64,000 nucleotides of DNA. Origin: Candidatus Latescibacterota bacterium. Lineage in GTDB: Bacteria; Latescibacterota; CBDEFO01. The stretch spans positions 3,136,001-3,200,000 of the forward strand of contig OZ252149.1 of the NCBI GenBank assembly GCA_965248755.1. Direction: 5' to 3'. The notes under the pieces were generated by a model. The model was not told the DNA's origin. It searched no databases and worked only from the letters and a program-made list of their open reading frames with translations. The translations under genes and the position numbers were made by a program. Below are positions 28,495-38,503 of this stretch, one piece after another (positions within the stretch are counted from its first letter, which is position 1; each line of letters opens with the position of its first letter).

Positions 28495-29885
28495 AAAGTC
28501 CGAAGCAATCTCAAAAACACTTTCTATGGTCATTGCGAGGCAGCGTGGCCGCTCTGCTGGGATGGCTGAAAGCCACGGAGGTTGTGGTAAACTGTTAGTT
28601 GAGTGTGGCAGGCAAAAGAGGTTATTTCTACCGTTAGGCGTAAGATCAGAACATAAAAGGAGGAAACATTGAACCAAGTTCTTGATGACACCAAGAAAAC
28701 GTTTCGCAGTCTGCTCGACGAAAGCACTGATCATCAATGCATTATCGACTTGCTCGTATCTCTTCGGGAAAAGGTCGATTTGTCGGTGGACGATACTGGG
28801 TGGGCCTTGTGGAATATTTGCGACCAATACGCACTAATGCGGGATGCAAAGAACCAGTACACTTATCAGTCCGAGTTTCACGAGTGGGCCAAAGCCAATC
28901 TTCCCCCTTCGAGGTTTCACTGGGTTGTCTCGGACGGGACGCAGGCACTCAGTCTGATTGATGGCGGCTATCTCGACTTCTGGTGGCGATGTTACAACCT
29001 CGCCAACGAGCAATGCCCACGAGATGCTAAGAACCGCGGCGCCCGATTCGAATCGCATAGAGCCAATGCAGCTTCATATACTCACTTTCGGGAATTCAGT
29101 CGTGCTGAAACCGCCCTGAATGCAATAGAGGAACTCCTTGCGGAGGATCAGTCCTGGAGCAACCGCGAATTCGCTGCAGCAACATACTCAACTCTCCTGG
29201 TTGACTTTTACAATGTTTCGGAGCAAAGAGACAAACTCGCACAAACAGAGGGAACCCTTGAAAAGGAGCTTGATGATTGGCTTGGCCGAGCAGGCGATGT
29301 AGAAGACGCACCGGAGGGCCCTTTGCTAGGGAGTTGGGACCAACTGAATGCAGATAGGCCACCGGCGGCGATTTTCATTGCAATCAACAACACCGCGTGT
29401 GCTTTCACCAGAGCGAAGCAATTCCCGGATGCAGAACGGTTGTTCCGCATTTTGCTGGAAAGAAACAGGATTCTAAATGCCTATGGCCAAGCGCAATATC
29501 TACAATCATGTTGGGGGAACAGGCGCAACAAGGATGAAATTGTTGATTGGCTGGACGGCTCCAAGCAACTAAACCCACAAAATCTGAAAAGATTCGCACC
29601 ATCGCTCATAGATGTCGTCAAAGATGAACGTCCGGATTTCGCCTAACAATGCGCTCCCCCTGACTGGCAATTCTCTGGTGCTCATTGCCAGCACCTACAC
29701 AAAGTGTACCAAAAAGGGAAACAAAACTTACCGAAACGGTACACAAAGTGTACCAAAATGGTACACTCATCTCCCGTAACTCGTTGTCTTGCAATGTGGT
29801 GCAAAGTCCGAAGCAATCTCAAAAACACTTTCTACGGTAATTGCGAGGCGGTGTGGCCGCTTTGCTGAGATGGCTGGAAGCCACG
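28495..29885. repeat. 83-bp imperfect direct repeats (28495-28577 and 29803-29885) of the GTCATTGCGAG/GCAATC palindromic family
   Basis: AAAGTCCGAAGCAATCTCAAAAACACTTTCTA...AAGCCACG in both copies. Confidence 0.85.
28669..29646 (+). CDS. Hypothetical helical protein (possibly TPR-like) in a cassette-like unit
   Basis: 325-aa ORF with AGGAGG RBS and TTG start; no recognisable motif. Confidence 0.7.
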   Translation: MNQVLDDTKKTFRSLLDESTDHQCIIDLLVSLREKVDLSVDDTGWALWNICDQYALMRDAKNQYTYQSEFHEWAKANLPPSRFHWVVSDGTQALSLIDGGYLDFWWRCYNLANEQCPRDAKNRGARFESHRANAASYTHFREFSRAETALNAIEELLAEDQSWSNREFAAATYSTLLVDFYNVSEQRDKLAQTEGTLEKELDDWLGRAGDVEDAPEGPLLGSWDQLNADRPPAAIFIAINNTACAFTRAKQFPDAERLFRILLERNRILNAYGQAQYLQSCWGNRRNKDEIVDWLDGSKQLNPQNLKRFAPSLIDVVKDERPDFA

Positions 29886-29927
29886 AAGTGGGCGTAGTAA
29901 TCTGACGGGATGGGGTGGTGCCCCTGT

Positions 29928-31157
29928 CTACCTGATCCTGACGCTGTCGGGGTGGTGCTTGAGTGCTACTATGCAGATGGGTCCGAGCATAGCACCGAGA
30001 GCGGCCGAGATCCACGCCCAACTCCATCCGTACAAGTCCAGGACGTATCCGAATACCCAGGGTGCAGCTATAGAAGCGCCGAAGCCGAAGAAAGCCTGCA
30101 AACCTAACGCTCCTCCTATGTACTCTTTTGGGACTAACTCGGTCAGTGATACCTTGTAAATAGCTGAATCCGCGATTATCGAAAATCCATAAACCATCCC
30201 TACGATACCAAGTACCAAAAGGGGTTGTCCTATAAGGAATCCGTACGACAGCGAACAGATTATGCTCACCAGGAGAGAGTAGAGCATTACCCTGATTCTT
30301 CCGAATCTGTCCGACAGACCCCCTCCGAAAATCGTGGAAAAAACCCCTATACTTATACAGATCCCGCTTAGCACACCTCCGAGTTTGAGCGCCTCTTCAG
30401 TCTCCATCCCCAGAGCTTTCCCGCAGGCGGTCAGATAGGGACCTATCCAGCCGTACATCACAAATAGCTCCCAGTTGTGCCCCATATAGCCGCCAGTCAC
30501 AAGCGCCCAGGGCCTATAGCGAAGGACGTGCACGAATAGGCCTTTCAGATCGTCGAAGGGTCGGATCTCTGCTTCAATTACTGCATCATCTGCTCCCGGA
30601 GGAGCATCTCTGACAAAGAGATAGGCTATAAATGCTCCCGCAAAAGCTGTAGCCGAAGTCAGGGCAAATGCGAGCCTCCAAGAATATACAACAGATAGGG
30701 GAGACGTAATAAGGTAAGCCCCTGAAATTGATGCAACAAGCGATGCTGTGTATATCCCTAAGACTTTCCCTCTTTCTCTGGCGGGGAACCAGCCAGAAAG
30801 TATCTTCATCCCCGGAACGTACAGACCGCCCTGTCCTACGCCTGTCAGGAATCTCAAAAGTAAAGCCGACTCATAACTGTCGGCTAAAGAGGCAAAACCT
30901 AATCCGCAGATTCCGGCTTCAAGAGAAGATAGTACAAAGATCTTTCGCCCTCCTATCCTATCCGAAAGCCAGCCGGTAAAGATGACCGACAAGGCGTAGC
31001 CGCCCCAGAAGATAGCGATAACCGCCCCGTTCATTCTGTCGGAGAGCTGCCACTCCTGGGTCAGTACGGGCATGACCGCGGAGTAGCTATTCATCCCCAA
31101 CATCGAAAGGGACTGCGCTACGGACAGAAGAATCAGTATCTTCGACTTTTCCTGCAA
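29928..31157 (-). CDS. MFS transporter
   Basis: GWLSDRIGGRK and GGLSDRFGRIR motif A; about 12 TM segments. Confidence 0.93.
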   Translation of the reverse strand: MQEKSKILILLSVAQSLSMLGMNSYSAVMPVLTQEWQLSDRMNGAVIAIFWGGYALSVIFTGWLSDRIGGRKIFVLSSLEAGICGLGFASLADSYESALLLRFLTGVGQGGLYVPGMKILSGWFPARERGKVLGIYTASLVASISGAYLITSPLSVVYSWRLAFALTSATAFAGAFIAYLFVRDAPPGADDAVIEAEIRPFDDLKGLFVHVLRYRPWALVTGGYMGHNWELFVMYGWIGPYLTACGKALGMETEEALKLGGVLSGICISIGVFSTIFGGGLSDRFGRIRVMLYSLLVSIICSLSYGFLIGQPLLVLGIVGMVYGFSIIADSAIYKVSLTELVPKEYIGGALGLQAFFGFGASIAAPWVFGYVLDLYGWSWAWISAALGAMLGPICIVALKHHPDSVRIR

Positions 31158-32144
31158 TTACCCCAACACCTCAAGCACGGCGTCTTTTACCTGTTCCTCG
31201 CTGGGGATTGTAAGGGGCTCAAGCGCTGGAGAAAAGGGCACAGGCACGTCCATTGCCCCGATCCTCTTTATGGGAGCATCCAGGTAGTCGAAGGCTTCGT
31301 TGTAGATCACGGATGCTATCTCACCTGTCACTCCGTAGCGCGCATATCCCTCATCTACGACCACTACATGGCCTGTCTTGCGAGCCGACTCTACGAGCGT
31401 CTCCTTGTCCAGAGGATACAGGGTGCGCGGATCTACGACTTCCACGCTTATCCCATCCTTCTCAAGCACCTCCGCAGTCGCAAGGGCGATCTGCACCATG
31501 CTGGACGTTGCAACTATCGTGGCGTCCTCTCCCTCTCTCTTTACGTCGGCGGATCCCAGGGGTATGGTATACTCCTCTTCCGGGACGGGGCCCTCGAGGT
31601 GATACATCATCTTATCTTCGAAACAGAACACGGGATTGTTGTCTCTAATTGCGCTCTTAAGGAGACCCTTGGCGTCGTAGGGGGTCGAGGTTACGATTAC
31701 CTTCAGGCCCGGGATGTGGCAAAACCACGCATAGAGGCTCTGGGAGTGCTGCGCCGCTGAGGACCGACCTGCCCCCATGGTGGCCCTGACGGTCATGGGA
31801 ACTCTCGCCTGTCCTCCGGACATATACTGTATCTTTGCAGCCTGATTTACCATCTGGTCCATAATCAGCGTCGTAAAGTCTCCAAACATAATCTCCACTA
31901 TCGGCCGCATCCCAGTCAGCGCCGATCCGAGGGCCAATCCTGTAAAACCCGCCTCAGATATAGGAGTATCTATGATCCTTTCTTTTCCGAACTCGTCGCA
32001 CAGGCCCTCAGAGACTTTGAATACACCTCCTGACCCTGCCACCTCCTCGCCCATGAGAAAGATCGTTTCATCCCTTCGCATCTCCTCTTGCATCGCTTCC
32101 CGGATTGCATCTTTATATGTAAGTATCCTTTCAGACATAGACAT
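31158..32144 (-). CDS. 2-oxoacid/acetoin dehydrogenase E1 beta subunit
   Basis: DTPISEAG, GMRPIVEIMFGDF, AQHSQS, EVVDPRTL. Confidence 0.95.
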   Translation of the reverse strand: MSMSERILTYKDAIREAMQEEMRRDETIFLMGEEVAGSGGVFKVSEGLCDEFGKERIIDTPISEAGFTGLALGSALTGMRPIVEIMFGDFTTLIMDQMVNQAAKIQYMSGGQARVPMTVRATMGAGRSSAAQHSQSLYAWFCHIPGLKVIVTSTPYDAKGLLKSAIRDNNPVFCFEDKMMYHLEGPVPEEEYTIPLGSADVKREGEDATIVATSSMVQIALATAEVLEKDGISVEVVDPRTLYPLDKETLVESARKTGHVVVVDEGYARYGVTGEIASVIYNEAFDYLDAPIKRIGAMDVPVPFSPALEPLTIPSEEQVKDAVLEVLG

Positions 32145-32292
32145 CCCCTTTAGAATCAGTAGACAGCAGGTAATAGCCCCGATCCCCGAACCCCGATAGA
32201 TTCACTCGGGGACTCAATCGGGGGTAGACAGGACACGGCGTCTTCCCCATGCGCTTGTTTTAGGCGTAGACATCTTCTTCTACGCGTTTGTT

Positions 32293-33252
32293 TTAGGCGT
32301 AGACATCTTCTTCTACTTCTTCGGGTGAGGGAAATGGGGAGTTCTTTCCGAACTCTATGGCGTCTTCGATCTCTTTTTTGACTTGCTCTTCGATAGCCTC
32401 AAGTTCGTTTTCCGTGGCCAGTTTGTCGGAGAGCAGTTTGTCGCTGAATCTCTTTATTGGATCCTTCGCCTTCCACTCTGCTAACTCCTCGTCGCTCCTA
32501 TACGCGCCGGGGTCCCCCACGTGATGCCCTCCCCAGCGGTATGTTTGACACTCGATGAGTGTGGCACCTTCTCCTTTTCTAGCTCTTTCCACCGCTTCCT
32601 TTACAGTTTCATATACGACTATAACATCGTTGCCGTCGATCATGACTCCTGGTATATCAGTTGCGGCGGCTTTATCGGCTATGTTCTGGCACGATGTGAC
32701 ATCCTTTGCCGCTGTATATTCTCCGTATTGGTTGTTCTCACAGATGAATACTACGGGGAGTTTCCAAATAGACGCCAGGTTCATCGTCTCAAGCATTATG
32801 CCCTGGTTTACGGCTCCATCTCCAAAGAAGCAGACGGCAACCTGATCTGTGCCCTTCCTCTTGGCTGAGAACGCCGCCCCTGTGGCGATGCCGAATCCTC
32901 CTGCCACTATGCCATTTGCTCCCAGGATGCCGATCGAGAGGTCAGCTATATGCATAGAGCCGCCTTTGCCCTTGCAGTATCCGTCTCTTTTCCCCATCAC
33001 TTCTGCCATCATCCTGTCGAGTTGACCGCCTTTGGCTATGCAGTGTCCGTGTCCTCTGTGAGTGCTAGTGATGTAGTCATCATCCCTCAGGGTGAAGCAC
33101 GCGCCCACGGCTACAGCTTCCTCGCCAATATATAGATGGGCCAGTCCCGACATCAGTCCGTGTGTGTAGACGTACCAGATGCCCTCCTCAAAGTGCCGGA
33201 TCTGAAGCATTTTGCGATACATTTCGATCAATGTGTCTTTGTCAAGCTCCAT
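32293..33252 (-). CDS. 2-oxoacid/acetoin dehydrogenase E1 alpha subunit
   Basis: STHRGHGH, GKGGSMH, TPP motif FGDGA...ENN; start MELDKD after GGAG RBS. Confidence 0.95.
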   Translation of the reverse strand: MELDKDTLIEMYRKMLQIRHFEEGIWYVYTHGLMSGLAHLYIGEEAVAVGACFTLRDDDYITSTHRGHGHCIAKGGQLDRMMAEVMGKRDGYCKGKGGSMHIADLSIGILGANGIVAGGFGIATGAAFSAKRKGTDQVAVCFFGDGAVNQGIMLETMNLASIWKLPVVFICENNQYGEYTAAKDVTSCQNIADKAAATDIPGVMIDGNDVIVVYETVKEAVERARKGEGATLIECQTYRWGGHHVGDPGAYRSDEELAEWKAKDPIKRFSDKLLSDKLATENELEAIEEQVKKEIEDAIEFGKNSPFPSPEEVEEDVYA

Positions 33253-33351
33253 ATCGTCTCCTGTCTGTTGCTTACTCGTTAATCTTCTGGGCCCAATTAC
33301 TCTAATTATTCTTGGTCTTTCCAAGTATAAGTACCTTCCAAAGGTATAAAT

Positions 33352-33380
33352 AATATAGTTTAGCGCTCTGTTTCTGTCAA
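33352..33380 (-). promoter_or_regulatory. Sigma70-type promoter of the E1 operon
   Basis: TTGACA-N17-TATATT on the minus strand. Confidence 0.7.
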
Positions 33381-33701
33381 GCGCTTATTTTCAAGTGTTG
33401 TGATTCGGACAGGCAGCATTTCTCAAGGATTTGTCGCACATAAAACACATGCGGGGACAGAAGTGTGTGTCTGCCCTTGGACAGCGCGATTCGATAAAGA
33501 AAAGACAAGAGACGGGATATGTTTACTTTGGATTCGGTTTGCCGAGGGATTTGTGAAGGATTTTGTACATGTTATCTACATTTTGAGCAAGAAAGTGAGA
33601 ACAACATATAGAAAAATGTTCACAATGTTCACATCCTTCACGCGACTTTCTTGTGATTGACATCTGATGGACTCTTTGTGTCTTTTCTTTGTAAAGTCAC
33701 C

Positions 33702-33936
33702 TATCCCGATTAATTCACAAAAAAAGGCCATGTACTAATTAAGGGATTGTATTATATTATAGTTATGCCGTTTAACCACCTTCGGTGTCATTGCGAGCCG
33801 AAGGCGAAACAATCTGGATTCTGTGGTAGATGTATTACTCTCCGGCTCTCGTAGGAGACCACTATAAAACCTTGAGATTGCTTCGTTGCTTTGCTCCTCG
33901 CAATGACTCCACCAAGTTTATGAATTAATCGGGCTA
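33702..33936. mobile_element. MITE-like element containing a GTCATTGCGAG...CTCGCAATGAC repeat pair
   Basis: 20-bp terminal inverted repeats TA(T/G)CCCGATTAATTCA(C/T)AAA with 2 mismatches; no ORF. Confidence 0.6.
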
Positions 33937-33959
33937 TGTCACAACTTGCTCGGCAAAAA

Positions 33960-34095
33960 TGAATAATAATCTATTTACACCATTTTCCCGACATACTTGC
34001 GATACATCCGCTCCTTCCAAAAGAGCCAACACCACCTCTGCCTTACGGGTCCCAGTCCAGCGCTTACCATCTTTCACTTCGGGGTTTGACACTTT
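33960..34095 (-). pseudogene. Possible transposase OrfA HTH remnant
   Basis: KRWTGTRKAEVWLAL and GADVSQVCRENGV in two frames. Confidence 0.3.
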
Positions 34096-34279
34096 GACCT
34101 CTATTCCCCGATAACATCACTCGGGGACAAGCCTCAAACCCCAATTTGCAAAATACCTGTCGCTCTGTCAAGGCGAGCGGTATGTTCGGGCTAATTGCCA
34201 TACCTTCATACTTTCACTTTTCCGTGTTTCTGTTAGTCTTTTTTGAGTCTGCAAGGATTTTCGTGTAAATGGCTCTGGA

Positions 34280-35536
34280 CTAGATCCCGAATACTTTACG
34301 AACCTTGGACCAACCTGCCATCAGGAAAAAGAGCAGGATAGTCATCAAGAGGGCCGATGTCAAGGGATGGTTGCGGTATCGTTCCCCAATCCACGCCGTT
34401 CGCCCATTCAAGAGCAAGAGTACCAACGCTAACATGGGAATAAAGACGGCTCCGACGATGGCATAAGACTTCTGCATTCTGGTAAACCCAACCCACAGTC
34501 CAAGCATGGGAAGGGTCGCCATGCTGTATAAGTACCATCTATAAGGGACCGAATGAGTGCTAATAGGTCGATCTTTTGCGAATTGATCTTTCCGCATCAT
34601 GGCCCAAAGATCCGTGAAGAGATACGGGACACTCTGCCACACTCCCAACAGACTGCTGAAGATCGCTCCAAATGCACCCAGTAAAAAAGCCCATTTACCT
34701 ATCCAACCCAGCGTTTCTCCCAACCTCACGGCTAATTGGGTCACCAAGGTGGCGCCTCTACCTTCCACCTGAATGGTGCTCCCGATCACGACCATGGCCA
34801 ACCCGAACACGGCCGTCATCGCATACGCGATGCCCAGGTCGATACGACAGACGCCTAAATCATCATCGCTGAAACGTCCTTCCTCGCGGATCCAATAACC
34901 GTAACATAAGATCGTTACCGTACCGCCGACACCACCTATCAAGGCGATCATCCAGGGCAATCCTGCGCCATCGAGGTCGGGAACGGTGGGCCACACCAGT
35001 CCCCTCAGGAGTTCGCTCCAAACGGGTTTCAAGAGGACGGCGGTCATGACCACGGTGACGAACATTAGACCAATACAGAGGCCCATCACTTTTTCAAACA
35101 GGCGATATCCGCCCAGACGAACTAAGATCACACCCAGCATACTGAGAATCATGCCGTAGACGATTTTCCCGGTGGACGGATCGTAAAAGAACGGTAAAAT
35201 GGCTTGAGCTGCTACCCCACAGGCGCTCATCAGCGCTGCGGCCACCAGGAAGCTCCATATCAGCAAATAGACTAGAAAAATATATTGGGCGGGACGACCC
35301 AGGTGGCTGATAGCCCCTTCAAGCAGGGTATCACCAGTGGCCAGTTGCCAGCGGGTCAATCCTTCATTCAATAGAAACTTGAAGAAGGCGCCCAAAAGAA
35401 CCGCCCAGAGAATCGCTACTCCTAAATTGCTTCCCGCAAGTGCCGCGGTGGCCAGATCACCCGCTCCGACCCCGGTGCCCGCCACCAGGATCCCCGGACC
35501 GATGATCGACAGTAAGTTTTTCTTTCTCTTCGACAT
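34280..35536 (-). CDS. NRAMP-family-like divalent cation transporter
   Basis: IGPGILVAGTGVGAGDL N-terminal motif; about 11 TM segments. Confidence 0.82.
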   Translation of the reverse strand: MSKRKKNLLSIIGPGILVAGTGVGAGDLATAALAGSNLGVAILWAVLLGAFFKFLLNEGLTRWQLATGDTLLEGAISHLGRPAQYIFLVYLLIWSFLVAAALMSACGVAAQAILPFFYDPSTGKIVYGMILSMLGVILVRLGGYRLFEKVMGLCIGLMFVTVVMTAVLLKPVWSELLRGLVWPTVPDLDGAGLPWMIALIGGVGGTVTILCYGYWIREEGRFSDDDLGVCRIDLGIAYAMTAVFGLAMVVIGSTIQVEGRGATLVTQLAVRLGETLGWIGKWAFLLGAFGAIFSSLLGVWQSVPYLFTDLWAMMRKDQFAKDRPISTHSVPYRWYLYSMATLPMLGLWVGFTRMQKSYAIVGAVFIPMLALVLLLLNGRTAWIGERYRNHPLTSALLMTILLFFLMAGWSKVRKVFGI

Positions 35537-35800
35537 AGGGGTTCTTTTCCAATTTTTTCGTGTGCGGAGCAGCGCTCTATTAAACCGACATTCCCCATAT
35601 TACATTGCATGAGGGATTATATTTCGATACAATCTTGTTTGTGAATGAATAATACCACTTTTACATTTTTCAACAAGTGCTTTTTTCAATCAAAATAGCA
35701 ATTTCCTCTGAATTATCACTTTCTTTGTGTCTAAATCCTCCAATTAGAGACACCTCTCCATTGACTCACAAAAAAATGTGGCAGTTTAAACAGAGTAACA

Positions 35801-36028
35801 TCACAATCGTTCAATCCGGGATAATATTTCGGCAAATAACCTCTTGTCTATCCCAACCTCAGCCATCTGAAACGTGATGTATCTGCTGTGTCTGACAATC
35901 TTCGCGCCAATCTTGATCAATTTCACAAGGAGGCTGCCAAGAGACCAGTGTTTGATTCTCCCTGGAAGAACCAACCGCCTCAGAAAGTTTCCAAGATTAT
36001 AGGCCAGAACAAATAACCAGAGCTTCAC
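35801..36028 (-). pseudogene. IS1380-family transposase C-terminal remnant
   Basis: LAYNLGNFLRRL..P..IKHWSL....KLIKIGAKIVRHSRY. Confidence 0.8.
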
Positions 36029-36420
36029 CTGATCCCCGCAGCCTCACCTGATCCCCGCTCCCCTATAGATTCAATACGGGATCACAATCGGGGACGCAGG
36101 CATGATAGTTTCATTTTACTAAGGTCATTGCGAGGAGATTCATCCCGAAGCAATCTTGCCTCTACGTGTCTACTGACTACTTGGCGAACACGGTGGGTGC
36201 GCCCAAAGGGGGAGTGGACCCCCGATAGAATCATTCGGGGGCAGGCCCCGCACATACACACGTTGTGGCGAATCGTTATCCCCTGGCAAAACTTAGACTT
36301 TACGTTTTCGGATCAGCAGGTTTCCGGATCAGAGTTTCAAGTATCCGATGGGCAGGTAACAGGTTAGCTCAGACGTCCTGCTTTTTGCAGCCTTAGTTTC
36401 TTGATTTCGCGCAGTGATTA

Positions 36421-36449
36421 TTGACATCTAACACCTTATTTTGTATCTT
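36421..36449 (+). promoter_or_regulatory. Sigma70-type promoter of the HEAT-repeat gene
   Basis: TTGACA-N17-TATCTT. Confidence 0.6.
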
Positions 36450-36482
36450 ACCTCCTGAACTTCCAAAGGTGAGGAACAAGAA

Positions 36483-38438
36483 ATGGGAATCTTTGATTCG
36501 CTATTCAAGCCAGACGTAGATGCATTAAGTGCGGAAAGAAATGTGAAAGGCATAATCAGGGCATTGGGATATAGGAAGGATCAGGATGTTCAACAGAGAG
36601 CAGCGCGGGCGCTGGTAAAGATAGGCTATCCCGTTGTCGAGGCTTTGATTGCTGCCTTGAAGGATCCAGATCGGGATATCCGAGGGGGCGCAGCCAGGGC
36701 TCTGGGAAAGATAGGGAATGTCCGTGCAGTGGAACCTTTGATCGGTACCTTGAAGGATCAGGATCGGGGTATCCGAGAGAGAGCAGGAAGGGCTCTGGTA
36801 AAGATAGGCAACCCCGCTGCTGAGTTTTTGATTGCTGCATTGAAGGATGCAGATTGGAACCTCCGAGGGAGTGCAGCAGAGACTCTTGGTAAGCTTGGCT
36901 GGCATCCTGATGACCAGAATCAGCAGATTACGTATCTGATTGTCAAAGAGGATTGGAAAAAGTTAGGGTAAATTGGAGAACCCGCTGCCCTGCCCTTGAT
37001 CGCTGTCTTGAACGATAGGGGTGCGACTTCGGATGTCCGGCAAAGTGTATCAGATGTTCTGGGCAAGATAGGGGATGCCTGTGCAGCCGAGGCGTTGATT
37101 TCCGCCTTGAAGGATGAAGATTCAAGTGTCCGAGAGAGTGCAAAAGAATCCCTGGTAAAGATAGGCAAGCACACAGTTGAGCTTCTAATTTCTGCCCTGG
37201 AGGATGAGGATTCAAGGGTCCGGCAAAGTGCAGCGGCCATTCTGGGAAAGACAGGGGATGTCCGTGCGGTAGAGCCCATGATTTCCGCCTTGAAGGATGG
37301 AGATTCAAGTGTCCGAGAGAGTGCAAGAGAGGCTTTGATAAATATAGGTATACCTGCAGTTCAGTATTTGAACGCTACCTTGAAGGATGCAGATGAAGCT
37401 TCGGTTGTCCGAGGAAGTGCAGCCGATGTACTGGGAGAGATAGAAGATGACGATGCCATCCAGCCTTTGATTGTTGCCTTGAAGGATGACGATAGTAATC
37501 TTCAGGCGAGAGCTGTAGGGGCACTGATAAAGATAGGAAAGCCCACAGTCGAACCCTTGATTGCCGCCTTGAAGGATGAGGACAAGGGTGTCCGTCAGAG
37601 TGCAGCGGAGGCATTAGGAGAGATAGGGGATACCCGTGCTCTTGAGCCTTTGATCGCCGCCCTGGAGGATGCAGATTGGGGTGTGCGATGGAAGGCAGCA
37701 GAGACTCTGGTGAAGATAGGGGACGTCCGTGCTGTCCGGCCTTTGATAGCTGCCCTGGAGGATGAAGATGAGGGTGTCCGCTGGAGAGCAGCATGGGCAT
37801 TAGGTGAGATCGGCGATGTCGGCGCTGTCGAACCTTTGATAGCTGCCCTGGAGGATGCGGGTGTGGGTGTCCGTCAGAGGGCAGCCAAGGCATTAGGACA
37901 GATAGGTGCTGTCCGACCTTTGATTGACGCCATGGAGGATGCGGATGTGGGTGTCCGTCAGAGCGCAGCGGTGGCATTAGGACAGATAGGAGATGTCCGC
38001 GCTGTCCGACCTTTGATTGACGCCATGGAGGATGAAGATGCAGATGTCCGATTAAGTGTATCAGAGGCTCTGGTAAAGATAGGGGATATTAGTGCAATTG
38101 AACCGTTGATTGATGCCCTGAGGGATGAAGATTCGGGTGTCCGATGGAGTGCAGCATGGGTACTGGGAGGGACGGGTGACGCTCGTGCCGCCGGGCCTCT
38201 GATTGCTGCCCTGGAGGATGAAGATCTGGGTGTTCGCCAGAGGGCAGCAGAGGCTCTGATAAAGATAGGCAAACCCGCGGTTGAGTCTCTGATTAATGCA
38301 TTGGAGAATGAGGAGTGGGGTGTCCAATTGGGTGCATCAGGAGCTCTCGAAAAGATAACAGGGAAAGACTTCGGACGAGATCATGCAGAATGGCAGCAGT
38401 GGTGGGAGGAAAACAAGGAGACAGTAGCCCCCGATTGA
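36483..38438 (+). pseudogene. PBS-lyase HEAT-repeat protein split by one in-frame TAA (36969-36971)
   Basis: ORFs 36483-36971 and 36996-38438 share a frame; KLG*IGEPAALPLI continues the LxKIGxPAVxxLI repeat. Confidence 0.8.
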
Positions 38439-38503
38439 ATCCCAGATTGAGTCTACCGGGGATCGGGGGTAGATAGTAGACAGGGAGCACTGCCCATTCC
38501 TGA

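Noticed and set aside
22784..29885. tRNA-Asn-anchored genomic island or prophage carrying the mini-polymerase
   Set aside because: No integrase, no duplicated tRNA 3' end seen and no phage genes; the tRNA 3' end points away from this region.
33400..33660. 86-aa ORF in the intergenic region
   Set aside because: No RBS or motif, and it lies in a repeat-rich intergenic stretch.
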